Part shown: piece by piece, positions 49,731 through 59,303 of the stretch
How positions within the stretch are numbered: the stretch's first letter is position 1
Layout of the letters: the number at the start of each line of letters is the position of its first letter
Assembly: GCA_964452165.1 (NCBI GenBank)
Contig: CAYVKP010000002.1
Coordinates: forward strand, 24,074 to 88,073
DNA length: 64,000 nt
DNA from: an uncultured Gammaproteobacteria bacterium
Lineage (GTDB): Bacteria; Patescibacteriota; Microgenomatia; Levybacterales; GWA1-39-11
Direction: 5' to 3'
Made by a program: the position numbers and the translations under genes
Notes under the pieces: model-generated
Told to the model about the DNA's origin: nothing
The model's input: the letters and a program-made list of their open reading frames with translations, nothing else
Databases searched by the model: none

Positions 49731-50758
49731 AGGGGAAAATCGTAGGTCTTGATATTGGCGGAACAACGATTCGCGTGGCGTGTCTGCGGCGTGAGGGAAA
49801 ATCTTTTTTTCTCGAATCGGTTGCAGTCGCGCCAACTCCTCCAAAGGGGATCAACTCGGAGTCATTGATTGATCAACAGCAACTTGCCGATACAATCAAA
49901 AAACTACTCTCGTCAGCCGGTGTTAAAACTCACGATGTTGCTCTTTCAATCCCGGAGAGCCAAGTTTACACGAAAGTTATTGCAATGCCTCAGTTGTCAG
50001 AACAGGAGCTTACTGCAGCCCTAAAATTTGAGATGGAACAGTATGTTCCTCTGCCCTTAGATCAAGCAAGGACTGATTGGGAGGTTTTGGGCCAGGATAG
50101 TGTGGGCGATAAGAAGATGATAGACGTTATGATAGTTGCGGCTCCCCTTGGAATTTTGGGAAAGTACGATAAATTAATGCAGATGGTCGGACTCGAAACT
50201 CAGGTTATTGAAACTGAAATAGTCTCAGTTCACAGGGCTCTTTTACCCTTAGTTAACAATCAAGACGCTAGTATCCTTGTGAATGTAGGTTCGACTACCA
50301 CGAGCGCCGCGATAGTTAAGAACGGGATTATCAGAATGGTTTTCTCAACTGCTCTTGGGGGTGCGGCAATCACCCGAGCAATCTCAGTCGACCTTGGAAT
50401 TGATGCGACTCAAGCTGAGAATTACAAGAAAGCCTATGGGCTTAATAAAGATGCCTTTGAAGGCAAAATCGGGCGGGCTCTTTCTCCGATTCTTGAATCA
50501 ATAGTTGGGGATATTAAAAAAGCCCTGCTCGCCTTTAGAGAGAAAAACAATAATGAAGCAGTAAAGCAGGTAATATTATCCGGTGGAACCTCGCTTCTTC
50601 CCGGAATTGACGTCTATTTCACCAATGCTCTTTCCTCGCAAGTTGTCATAGGGAATTCCTGGAATGCATATGGAATATTAAATGTGCCAAACGAATTGCA
50701 AATTGAGGCCCCATCTTTTAACGTTGTTATAGGCCTTGCTTTGCGCAATCTAATATGA
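49727..50758 (+). CDS. pilM: type IV pilus assembly protein PilM (actin-like ATPase fold)
   Basis: 343 aa. …IVGLDIGGTTIRVA… (the actin/HSP70 phosphate-1 motif). Confidence 0.85.
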   Translation: MKGKIVGLDIGGTTIRVACLRREGKSFFLESVAVAPTPPKGINSESLIDQQQLADTIKKLLSSAGVKTHDVALSIPESQVYTKVIAMPQLSEQELTAALKFEMEQYVPLPLDQARTDWEVLGQDSVGDKKMIDVMIVAAPLGILGKYDKLMQMVGLETQVIETEIVSVHRALLPLVNNQDASILVNVGSTTTSAAIVKNGIIRMVFSTALGGAAITRAISVDLGIDATQAENYKKAYGLNKDAFEGKIGRALSPILESIVGDIKKALLAFREKNNNEAVKQVILSGGTSLLPGIDVYFTNALSSQVVIGNSWNAYGILNVPNELQIEAPSFNVVIGLALRNLI

Positions 50759-51315
50759 AAGACGATATTAATTTAGTTGCGGTAGGACGCAAGAAGTCAA
50801 AAGATAGAGTTTTTGCTATATCTTTGGGTGTCTTTTTGGTGGCATTTATTGCTGCGGTTGCGGTTTTGCTTTATTCGCTCGTCGTGTCGGGTAAAGCATC
50901 GACTCTAGGAGCGCAGGCAGAAGATTTAAGGGGAAGGATTTCGGCACTGTCAACACAAAAACAAAAGATTCTTACCGTAAATGAACGCTTGGCAACATCA
51001 AGAAAAATTCTTTTGACGCGTAAAAAAATCGATCAAAGAGTATCTTCAATATTGGATACAATTCCGGACCAAATTTCGATTGATAGAGTCGTTGCTGATG
51101 ACAAGGGAATCACTGTTGGTCTTCTTTCGGCAAATTTAGCCGATCTGGATTCGCTTTTAGACAATAACATCCCAACGCTTGGTAAAGACAAAACGCTGGG
51201 GCTTACAAAAATTAATCTTGCATCTTTCGTGCGACAAGACAATGGGTATCTTTTGTCAATTGAATTTATTTTCAAAGGTACGCCCGCATCAATTAATCCA
51301 TCAGCAACACCATGA
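50755..51315 (+). CDS. pilN: PilN-like inner-membrane pilus assembly protein
   Basis: 186 aa. A short cytoplasmic N-terminus, one TM helix and a periplasmic coiled-coil domain. Translationally coupled to pilM and pilO. Confidence 0.7.
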   Translation: MKDDINLVAVGRKKSKDRVFAISLGVFLVAFIAAVAVLLYSLVVSGKASTLGAQAEDLRGRISALSTQKQKILTVNERLATSRKILLTRKKIDQRVSSILDTIPDQISIDRVVADDKGITVGLLSANLADLDSLLDNNIPTLGKDKTLGLTKINLASFVRQDNGYLLSIEFIFKGTPASINPSATP

Positions 51316-51959
51316 AAGACTTTAAAAATTTTTACATAAAATACAAAAATTTCCTTGTCCCGTCAGTATTTGCGTTTCTTACGTTTTTTATAATTTTTAA
51401 GGTAATTATGCCGCAATTATCTTCAATTTCTGCTACCAAACAAGAAATTGCAACAAAAACCGAAGACATAGATTCTTTGCAGCAGACTCTTTCGACGATT
51501 TCAAATCAAAATCAAAGTGAGTTGACTGATAATCTGGACGTGGCAACACGTGCCTTGCCTACAAATAAAAATGTGGCGGTCATATTTGATGCCCTTTCCT
51601 CCGCGTCTGAGGCGTCTGGAGCCGAACTTAAGGAATTCTCCTTGAAGGTTGGGGGTGTATACGGTCGCGCCGAAAAAGTAGAGCAAACAGGAGTCAAGGG
51701 CGTTCCCTCGCTCCAAGTTGTTGTAAGAGTGAGTTCACCCGATCCCAGAAACGCTGTTAAATTTACGCAAGAAGTCCAATCACGTCTTCCTCTGGTTGAG
51801 GTCAAGAGCTTGGATACCACAGGAGACATTGCTACCGTCGTTCTCACTTTCTTTTACAAACCACTTGATTTGACTCAGATTGTTAAGCAGGAGAAAGTTG
51901 CGCCATTATCCGCTTCCGACACTAAGCTCCTGGATCAATTAAAAAGCTGGAATAAGTAG
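51312..51959 (+). CDS. pilO: PilO-like inner-membrane pilus assembly protein
   Basis: 215 aa. An N-terminal TM helix, a coiled coil and a periplasmic domain. Its position after pilM and pilN supports the call. Confidence 0.65.
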   Translation: MKDFKNFYIKYKNFLVPSVFAFLTFFIIFKVIMPQLSSISATKQEIATKTEDIDSLQQTLSTISNQNQSELTDNLDVATRALPTNKNVAVIFDALSSASEASGAELKEFSLKVGGVYGRAEKVEQTGVKGVPSLQVVVRVSSPDPRNAVKFTQEVQSRLPLVEVKSLDTTGDIATVVLTFFYKPLDLTQIVKQEKVAPLSASDTKLLDQLKSWNK

Positions 51960-52640
51960 TTAGGACAAGTCTGGTCTTCGCTTTTTGGTGAGTTTTTTTG
52001 CTTCCTCGGTTCTGTGCTGGTCAATTTTTTGAAAATTGCCTGAAAGAAGAACTGCTGGTACTTGCTCCTCCTTGTATTTCGGGGGTCTTGTATATTGGGC
52101 GTGTTCAAGTAATCTTTTCCCTTCGACAATAGAGAAAGATTCATTTTTGGGTGCATCTTCTTTTTTTAAAACTCCGGGTACCAGTCTTGCTACGGCTTCG
52201 GCAACGACTGCCGCGGCCAGCTCTCCACCCGATAAAACGTAATCTCCTATGGATACTTCAAAATCGACAAGGTCTCTTATGCGCTCGTCAAACCCCTCGT
52301 AGTGTCCGCAAATAAGAATCAAGTGTTCGTATTTTGATAAGTCCTCTGCGATTTCCTGCTTAAAGACCTTACCCTTAGGATCAAGTAAAATTACCGCTTC
52401 TCTCATGTCTTTTTTCCTTGTTGCCCGTATTGCCTCGTCCATCACATCAACTCTCAATACCATTCCTGCTCCTCCCCCATAAGGCCTATCGTCGACAAGT
52501 TTATGCTTGCCTATTCCAAAATTTCGAAGATCTATGGTTTCTATTTTTATTTTTTTTGCTTTTTGTGCGCGGCCTATTATAGATTGGGCGAAAAGGACGT
52601 CAAAAAGTTGGGGAAAAAGAGTTACTATGCTGATATGCAT
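51960..52640 (-). CDS. trmD: tRNA (guanine37-N1)-methyltransferase
   Basis: 226 aa. The SPOUT fold with MHISIVTLFPQLF... and a Gly-rich SAM loop. Confidence 0.9.
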   Translation of the reverse strand: MHISIVTLFPQLFDVLFAQSIIGRAQKAKKIKIETIDLRNFGIGKHKLVDDRPYGGGAGMVLRVDVMDEAIRATRKKDMREAVILLDPKGKVFKQEIAEDLSKYEHLILICGHYEGFDERIRDLVDFEVSIGDYVLSGGELAAAVVAEAVARLVPGVLKKEDAPKNESFSIVEGKRLLEHAQYTRPPKYKEEQVPAVLLSGNFQKIDQHRTEEAKKLTKKRRPDLS

Positions 52641-52645
52641 AGGGA

Positions 52646-52876
52646 TTAAGCCTCGCTTATTTGGATATCGACCCGTGCGTTCTCGCGGATAGCACGGACT
52701 TTTAATACATTTTTGAGGGCGTTAATTGTCTTACCGCCCTTTCCAATAACTATTCCTACCTTCTCTTTTGGAATTTTTGCAAAAAAAGTGATGAAGCCGT
52801 CTTCTCCGGTTTCTTCAGTAACGTCAATCTCTTCACCGGTAATACCATTTAGCATGTGCTCGAGAAGTTCTTTCAT
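52646..52876 (-). CDS. KH-domain RNA-binding protein (YlqC/UPF0109 family)
   Basis: 76 aa. …VGIVIGKGGKTINALKNVL… (a GXXG KH motif). Its position between rpsP and trmD is conserved. Confidence 0.8.
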   Translation of the reverse strand: MKELLEHMLNGITGEEIDVTEETGEDGFITFFAKIPKEKVGIVIGKGGKTINALKNVLKVRAIRENARVDIQISEA

Positions 52877-52877
52877 A

Positions 52878-53108
52878 TTATGCTGCTAAAGCCTTTTCTA
52901 CGGCTGGGGTCATTTGTGCTCCGCGCGATGTCCACAGTTTGAGTTTGGCTTCATCAATTCTCTTTACAACCTTATCTTTTGAGACTTTTTCGTATGAACC
53001 TATTGTATCCACAGAAGCTCCATCCCGCTTGCTGCGCTTTTCTTTGACTACAATTCTGTATTTTGCTTCGCCTTTTCTACCAATTCGTGAGAGTCTAATC
53101 ATTAACAT
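52878..53108 (-). CDS. rpsP: 30S ribosomal protein S16
   Basis: MLMIRLSRIGRKGEAKYRIVV..., the classic S16 N-terminus. Confidence 0.9.
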   Translation of the reverse strand: MLMIRLSRIGRKGEAKYRIVVKEKRSKRDGASVDTIGSYEKVSKDKVVKRIDEAKLKLWTSRGAQMTPAVEKALAA

Positions 53109-53141
53109 AGGAGATCATTTTATCATTTTCGCTGAGTGAGG

Positions 53142-53798
53142 TCAAACGAGAGCTTCAAGAGCGGCGCGCGCGGCTGCTTTCTCGGCGTCTTGTTTGCTCG
53201 ATCCTCTGCCCTGAGCCAAAAGTTTCTCTTCAACGTACACACCCACGACATAGGACTTGCTGTGATCCGGCCCGGACTCTTCAATTATTTTGTAAGAAGG
53301 AGAGGCCTTCCGAGTCTCCTGAATTGTTTCTTGAAGGCGGCTTTTTGGATCCTTTAGTCCTTGCGCTTCAATTATATTCTCGGCTCGGCTTATGATGTTC
53401 TCCTCGATAAATTTTTTTACAGCATCTATTCCCTGATCAACAAATAGTCCACCAATGAGGGCCTCAAGAGTATTTGCAAGAATTGTCTTATTTTCTCTTC
53501 CTCCCCCTGTCTCCTCTCCTCGCGACAGTTTTAAAAGCTTCCCGAGTCCCAAATCTTTTGAAATTTCGTAAAGAGTTTCGGTATTCGTCAAGACAGACCT
53601 GATACTTGTCAGTTGTCCTTCCTTAAGATCTCTGTGTTGATTGAAGATATGGGAAGATACAACAAATGACAAGATGCTATCTCCCAAAAATTCAAGTCTT
53701 TCATTGGACTCAAGATTCTCACCGGTCTCATTGAGGTAGGACCTGTGAATAAAAACTTGAGTTAATATGTCTTTGTTTTTAAATTCTGGTAAATTCAT
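53142..53798 (-). CDS. rnc: ribonuclease III
   Basis: The RNase III signature ERLEFLGDSIL plus a C-terminal dsRBD. Confidence 0.9.
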   Translation of the reverse strand: MNLPEFKNKDILTQVFIHRSYLNETGENLESNERLEFLGDSILSFVVSSHIFNQHRDLKEGQLTSIRSVLTNTETLYEISKDLGLGKLLKLSRGEETGGGRENKTILANTLEALIGGLFVDQGIDAVKKFIEENIISRAENIIEAQGLKDPKSRLQETIQETRKASPSYKIIEESGPDHSKSYVVGVYVEEKLLAQGRGSSKQDAEKAAARAALEALV

Positions 53799-54157
53799 TT
53801 TTTCTCGCTATCTTTTACTAATTTTCCTAGCGCTCCATTTATAAAGCTTGCCGAATTTTCTCCCCCAAACTCTTTTGCTAGTTCTATTGCTTCATCTATT
53901 ACAACTTTCTGGGGCGCTTCAGGCGCGATAGAAAGTTCATAAACTCCAAGTCTCAATATTGCAAGATCAACCTTATTTATCTTATCGATGGGAAATTCGG
54001 GTGCAATAGTCTCTATTTTATCATCGATTGATTCTTTGTTCTCGAGGATTTTTTTAATTAGTTCGGTGTGACCCTTTTGGGCTATAAAGCTTTCAGCAAA
54101 AAGCATCTTAACCGTTTCCTGGCGCTTTTGGTGTCGGGGATCAAGAGGTGTCTTCAT
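53795..54157 (-). CDS. nusB: transcription antitermination factor NusB
   Basis: 120-aa all-helical protein with a NusB-like N-terminus (…RHQKRQETVKMLFA…). Confidence 0.85.
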   Translation of the reverse strand: MKTPLDPRHQKRQETVKMLFAESFIAQKGHTELIKKILENKESIDDKIETIAPEFPIDKINKVDLAILRLGVYELSIAPEAPQKVVIDEAIELAKEFGGENSASFINGALGKLVKDSEKK

Positions 54158-54180
54158 AATTGCTTTTCAGCAATATTATA

Positions 54181-54351
54181 CTACAACGCTTTAACGCCCT
54201 TGTAGTATCCGCATGCCGGGCAAATAGTATGGGGAGCAACTGCTGATCCACAATTTCTGCAAACAGTTACAGTAGGCGCGATCATAGATATTGCCGCTCT
54301 CCTCTTTCCCTGTCTTGCTCTTGAATGTCTTTTCTTCGGTTCGTGTGGCAT
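54181..54351 (-). CDS. rpmF: 50S ribosomal protein L32
   Basis: Minus-strand frame not shown in the ORF track: MPHEPKKRHSRARQGKRRAAISMIAPTVTVCRNCGSAVAPHTICPACGYYKGVKAL, a KRRxSxxR N-terminus and a CxxC…CxxC zinc ribbon. It replaces the spurious 54191-54388 ORF. Confidence 0.75.
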   Translation of the reverse strand: MPHEPKKRHSRARQGKRRAAISMIAPTVTVCRNCGSAVAPHTICPACGYYKGVKAL

Positions 54352-54384
54352 AAGAGTATATTATAGGAGATTTTGCCTCAAAAT

Positions 54385-56406
54385 TCAATCTTTTGAGATC
54401 TTTGGTGTGTCGGTCTGTTCGATTCTATGTTTTAGCTCGGGATATTTGTTGAGCTCGGGCAGTATTTTTTCTGCTTCATCAGCCGCCTTTTTCATAAGTG
54501 GAAAATCTGATAATGTGGCAATTTTTAAATCTGGAATTCCATGCTGCATAGTGCCGAACATCTCGCCGGGACCCCTAAGTTTTAAGTCAACCTCGGCAAG
54601 TTCTGCCCCATTATCAATTGTTTGCAGATAGGATAGTCTTTCCCGGGTCTGATCGCTTTTTGAATTGGTGAATAACAGACAGAAACTTTCCTTCTCTCCT
54701 CGCCCCACCCGCCCCCTAAGTTGATGCAACTGAGCAAGACCAAACCGTTCAGAAGCTTCAATCAAGATAATATCAGCGCTTGGTATATCAATTCCTACTT
54801 CAATAACGGGTGTTGCAACCAGAATGTCGAGTGTCCCCTCGCGGAATCTCTTTATAACCTCGTCTTTCTCAGCCATCTTCATCTTTCCGTGCAAAAGTCC
54901 CAGTTTGAAGTTTGGGAAAATATCCCTTTTGAGTCTTTCAAACTCTTCTTTTACGGCTTTTACCGTGCTTAGCGTTTCTGAAGGTTCTATAAACGGGCAA
55001 ACGACGAATACTTGGCTTTGTTCGCCCTGAATTTTTTTTGATATCCAATCATATGCTCCTTTCCTTTTTTCTTCAGCGATGAGCCAGGTCTTAATTTTCT
55101 TTCTGCCTTTCGGAAGTTCATCGAGAAGTGATAGTGCTAGATCTGCATAAATTGTGAGAAAGATGGTTCGGGGAATTGGAGTTGCTGTCATTGTAAGAAG
55201 ATGCGGATTGTTGCCCTTCTCGGCAAGTATTGCACGCTGTTCTACCCCAAATCTCTGTTGCTCATCAATTACCACGAGTCCAAGCCGTTCGAACTCAACT
55301 TTTTTTTGAACCAATGCATGCGTGCCGATTGCTACATCGAACTGTTCCTTATTTTTTTTGCTCGAACCGGTAAAGAGTTCGACTTTAATTCCGAAGGGTT
55401 CAAGGACCGTTCGGATAGTTTTGAAGTGCTGGTTTGCTAAAATTTCTGTCGGGGCCATGAGAGCCGACTGAAACCCGTTGAGATGAGCAACATAGATTGT
55501 AATTGCCGCAACAACTGTTTTTCCGGATCCGACATCTCCCTCAAGTAGTCTATTCATGGGAGTAGCTTGCTTGAGATCTTCAAAAATATCCTCGACTGAT
55601 TTTTTCTGCGCGTCCGTCAGTTCAAATGGTAAGCTTTTGACTAAGTCATCTATTTTCGTTTTGTATTTTTTAATATCAAAAGGAATTGCTTTTTGACTGC
55701 TCTCCCACTCGCGCTTTCTAAGTTTTGAGGCCGCGTGTTTTAAAAATAATTCATTGAAAGATAGTCTTTGACGAGCAGTTTCTGCCTCGGTTTGGTTCTT
55801 TGGAAAATGTATATTTCGAATCGCTCTTTCAAGATCCAAAAAGTCATTCCCCTTAATGATTTGTTCGGGGATAAAATCTTCTACCATGAGTTTTTGATCC
55901 AAAATGGTTTTGATTCTTCCCCTTATCCATTTTGAACTTAAGTTAGCAGTTTGGGGGTAAACAGGTACAAGTCCAGTTGTGTGAATTGCCTGAGCGTCTT
56001 TGCTTTTTAAGACCTCGTAATTTCTGGTGGCAAGAGTTTTTTTATTACCGAATTTATCAACGCGTCCCGCAGCGCTTAGGAGATCCCCCTCGTGAATATT
56101 TTTCAGAATAAATCTTTGGTTGAAAAAAACGCAATCTATTTTTCCTGTCCCATCATCAACTGTGATTCTTTGAATCGTAAGCTTTCTTCTTGTAAAAACG
56201 TTGGAAGTTGCTACTACGTTGCCTTGGATCGTTACAGTCTCTCCGGGTTGAGTATCAATAATTTTTGATAGTATTAAATTGCTATCGTATCTAAATGGAG
56301 CATAAAGAAGAAAATCCTCAACAGTCTCAATGCCTATTTTTGCCAAAGCTTTGGCCTTCATTCTGAAGACCGGCCCCAGAGACCTAAGCGGAGTTTTTAA
56401 ATCCAT
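54385..56406 (-). CDS. recG: ATP-dependent DNA helicase RecG
   Basis: 673 aa. A wedge domain and an SF2 helicase with Walker A GDVGSGKT and a DEQQ box. Confidence 0.93.
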   Translation of the reverse strand: MDLKTPLRSLGPVFRMKAKALAKIGIETVEDFLLYAPFRYDSNLILSKIIDTQPGETVTIQGNVVATSNVFTRRKLTIQRITVDDGTGKIDCVFFNQRFILKNIHEGDLLSAAGRVDKFGNKKTLATRNYEVLKSKDAQAIHTTGLVPVYPQTANLSSKWIRGRIKTILDQKLMVEDFIPEQIIKGNDFLDLERAIRNIHFPKNQTEAETARQRLSFNELFLKHAASKLRKREWESSQKAIPFDIKKYKTKIDDLVKSLPFELTDAQKKSVEDIFEDLKQATPMNRLLEGDVGSGKTVVAAITIYVAHLNGFQSALMAPTEILANQHFKTIRTVLEPFGIKVELFTGSSKKNKEQFDVAIGTHALVQKKVEFERLGLVVIDEQQRFGVEQRAILAEKGNNPHLLTMTATPIPRTIFLTIYADLALSLLDELPKGRKKIKTWLIAEEKRKGAYDWISKKIQGEQSQVFVVCPFIEPSETLSTVKAVKEEFERLKRDIFPNFKLGLLHGKMKMAEKDEVIKRFREGTLDILVATPVIEVGIDIPSADIILIEASERFGLAQLHQLRGRVGRGEKESFCLLFTNSKSDQTRERLSYLQTIDNGAELAEVDLKLRGPGEMFGTMQHGIPDLKIATLSDFPLMKKAADEAEKILPELNKYPELKHRIEQTDTPKISKD

Positions 56407-56529
56407 AAAGCCTACAACGCTGACAAGAAGGGAATAAGAGCACTGACAAGAATCGCAATAGTTGCAACGGCGAGTATTACTTTAAAAATCCATTTGTGTC
56501 GGCGTAACGTTTCCATCAGAAAGATTATA

Positions 56530-57855
56530 CTATCTTTGCTGCTGTCTTGCCATATCCCGCCAGCCAATATCGGTCCTGTAATGCAAGCTATTTCCTTCTA
56601 CAAAAAGACCGGATATCGCTTCATACGCTTTGGCTCTTGCCTCAATTACCGTTTTGCCACTTCCAACTACATGAAATAGTCTGCCCGAGGAGACAAAATA
56701 GTTATTCTTAACTTTGATTACTCGTGCCGGATAGAAAATCACACCTTCATTCTTTAAGATTCTAGCAAGACCGGATAGTTTTCTCACGCCGGTGTTAGTA
56801 TCGGGGTTGAGAAGTCCTGTAACCGCAACTCGCGCAAGCCCATCGGTTGAAAGTTTTACTTCACTTAGCTTCCCTTGGGCGACTTGAGAGCAAAGCTTAT
56901 AGAAATCATTTTTTATTCCGGGTATTAAAACTTCTGCCTCAGGATCTCCCCATCGGGCGTTAAATTCGATCACAAAAACTTTATTTTTTACAACTATTGC
57001 ACCAAGATAAATAATTCCGGAGTATTTTCTATTTTCCTTTCTGAGGCCGTCAATTGTTTGCTTGATAATTTTTTCGGCCTGAGAATATATCTTTTTATCA
57101 ACTACGAGAGGCGGAGTACTGCAGCCTACTCCTCCGGTGTTGGGGCCAAAATCTCCGTTGTAAAGACGTTTGTGGTCTTGCGCACCCCCAATTATTTGGT
57201 AGGTCTCTCCATCACTGATTGCAAAAAATGAAAACTCCTCGCCATCAAGCCACTCTTCTATCAAGAAAGTCTCTCCGGCTTTTCCAAACCTCACCATCTG
57301 CTTTATGGCATTAATTGCTTCTTCCTTATCTTCTGCAGGAATTGCGCCTTTTCCTTCAGCAAGTCCCGATGCTTTTATAAACCACTGTCCCGCTTTTCGA
57401 TTTTTAATAAAATCCAGACCTTCTTTCTGCGATGTGCAGACTTTATAGGCCGGCGATGGGATGTTATATTTTTTCATAAAATTTCTTGCCCACGCTTTAT
57501 CCCACTCTATTTGACCCGCCGCTTGAGTTGGCCCGATAACTTTAAACCCTTCCTCTAAGAGTCGGTCCACAAGACCGGCCTCAACCGCATTGTCCTGAGC
57601 AACGTCAACTAGATCCACGTTAAATTTCTTGCACAATTTGATAATCTCCTCAACGTTTGTGGTTTTTAAATCTTGGAAGGTCCTTGTGGGTACTCGGGAA
57701 TTGACTTGCATCAAATCATTTCCTGGGATTGCGATTATTTGCCCAACAGAAGGACTCTGGGAATATTTGTGGATTAGGGCAGCTCCTCTTCCTCCTGCAT
57801 CAATTACTGCTACTACTGCCTTTTTATTTGCCATCAGAAACCTTGATCCTAACAA
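56530..57855 (-). CDS. purD: phosphoribosylamine--glycine ligase
   Basis: 441 aa. The ATP-grasp fold and conserved GAR synthetase domains. Confidence 0.9.
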   Translation of the reverse strand: MLGSRFLMANKKAVVAVIDAGGRGAALIHKYSQSPSVGQIIAIPGNDLMQVNSRVPTRTFQDLKTTNVEEIIKLCKKFNVDLVDVAQDNAVEAGLVDRLLEEGFKVIGPTQAAGQIEWDKAWARNFMKKYNIPSPAYKVCTSQKEGLDFIKNRKAGQWFIKASGLAEGKGAIPAEDKEEAINAIKQMVRFGKAGETFLIEEWLDGEEFSFFAISDGETYQIIGGAQDHKRLYNGDFGPNTGGVGCSTPPLVVDKKIYSQAEKIIKQTIDGLRKENRKYSGIIYLGAIVVKNKVFVIEFNARWGDPEAEVLIPGIKNDFYKLCSQVAQGKLSEVKLSTDGLARVAVTGLLNPDTNTGVRKLSGLARILKNEGVIFYPARVIKVKNNYFVSSGRLFHVVGSGKTVIEARAKAYEAISGLFVEGNSLHYRTDIGWRDMARQQQR

Positions 57856-59224
57856 AGTTACGTTTACCAGCTTTGATAATCATATTGTCTTCAGGAATTA
57901 TTTCCTGATTTGGTACTTCAACCAATTCATCGTTTACAAGAACAGATTTTTGCTCAACCAGTCTTTTTGCTTCTGAGCGGCTCCCAGCAAGACCAAGCTC
58001 AACTAAAAGTTCACTTATTTCAAGATGCATGTCGGGATTCACATTAACCGTAGGCATATCTTCCGGCAATTCATGTTTTTGAACAGTTTTTTCAAAGTGT
58101 TCTTGTGCCGTTTTTGCCTGAGCCTCATCATTCAATTGTGAAACTATTTCATATGCAAGTTTTTTCTTGAGTTCGATTGGAATGAGCTGTCCAGCAAGCT
58201 TACTTATCTGCTCCATTGAAATATCTGTTAAGTATTCAAATCCTTTGGTAACAACGTCATCGGAGAGTCCCATAATTTTGCCGAACAAATCCTCAGGCTT
58301 GTCCGTCAATCCAATAACATTGCCTTCGCTTTTCCCAATCTTGTTTCCTTGAGGGTCGGCTAAAATTGGTGTAGTCATAACAAACTTATCTCGTGATTGC
58401 ATGGTTTTAACAAGTGTTCTTCCGGCTAGCATATTAAACATTTGATCGGTTCCGCCAATCTCTAAATCTACACTCATCGCAACCGAATCATAAGCTTGAA
58501 GCACTGGGTATAGGAATTCACGAAGACTAACCGTTTCCCCCTTCTTAATTCTTTCCTGGAAAAGGTCACGTTCCGATAATTGCTGAAGAGAAAAATGGCC
58601 TGTAATATCCAATATTTCCGTAAAGCTTAACTTGCTGAGCCAGTCCCCGTTGTAGCGTATTTCAACAGCGTTTTCACCTTTAAGGTTAATAATTTTACCT
58701 GCTTGATCTGCGTAATTTTTAGCGTATTCTCTAAACTCATCACTGATAAAAAATCCTTGAGCCGTCAATGATTTGATAAGTTTATCTTTTTTTTCTTTTG
58801 GTGCGACCCTGGTGGTAATCTTAAATTTCACTCCCTCATCACTCTTAAAAGAATCTATAGAGTCCATATTAATTCCTTCAATCTCAAAAATCTCAGCTAT
58901 CTTTCTCAGGATTCCAGGCTTATCTTCGTGAGAACCAACTATAAGAGAGTGAGATCTTTCTCTAGCTGTTTTTTTACCCGACGGGTCTCCTGCTTGTACG
59001 GTTGCACTTCCAATAAGGAATATGACATGATGTCCCAACTCTTGAAACTGTTTCAGTTTGCGAAGTCCTATCATGTGTCCAACATGTAATTGTGCTCCTG
59101 TGGGGTCGAACCCTTGGTAAAGTGTAATTTTCTTTCCCGAACGTAGGATTTTTTCGAATTCCTCACGAGAAGGCAATATTTGGTCCACTCCTCTGGTTAG
59201 TAGCTCATCAATCTTATCATTCAT
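57824..59224 (-). CDS. tyrS: tyrosyl-tRNA synthetase
   Basis: HIGH motif (…GFDPTGAQLHVGHMIG…), a KMSKS-like motif (KIGKSEG) and a C-terminal S4 domain. Confidence 0.93.
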   Translation of the reverse strand: MNDKIDELLTRGVDQILPSREEFEKILRSGKKITLYQGFDPTGAQLHVGHMIGLRKLKQFQELGHHVIFLIGSATVQAGDPSGKKTARERSHSLIVGSHEDKPGILRKIAEIFEIEGINMDSIDSFKSDEGVKFKITTRVAPKEKKDKLIKSLTAQGFFISDEFREYAKNYADQAGKIINLKGENAVEIRYNGDWLSKLSFTEILDITGHFSLQQLSERDLFQERIKKGETVSLREFLYPVLQAYDSVAMSVDLEIGGTDQMFNMLAGRTLVKTMQSRDKFVMTTPILADPQGNKIGKSEGNVIGLTDKPEDLFGKIMGLSDDVVTKGFEYLTDISMEQISKLAGQLIPIELKKKLAYEIVSQLNDEAQAKTAQEHFEKTVQKHELPEDMPTVNVNPDMHLEISELLVELGLAGSRSEAKRLVEQKSVLVNDELVEVPNQEIIPEDNMIIKAGKRNFVRIKVSDGK

Positions 59225-59303
59225 GCTAAAGCTATTATACGTTTAACCCGCTCCGCAATCAACAGGTTTTGAACTAAAAAAATAAAGCTGTTATAATATT
59301 TTC

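Noticed and set aside
54191-54388. 65-aa minus-strand ORF from the track
   Set aside because: It is the wrong frame. The same DNA encodes ribosomal protein L32 in another minus-strand frame, with unmistakable motifs.
56412-56516. 34-aa hydrophobic micro-ORF (METLRRHKWIFKVILAVATIAILVSALIPFLSAL) between recG and purD
   Set aside because: No SD and no conservation evidence are available. It is plausible but unsupported, so it is not reported as a feature.
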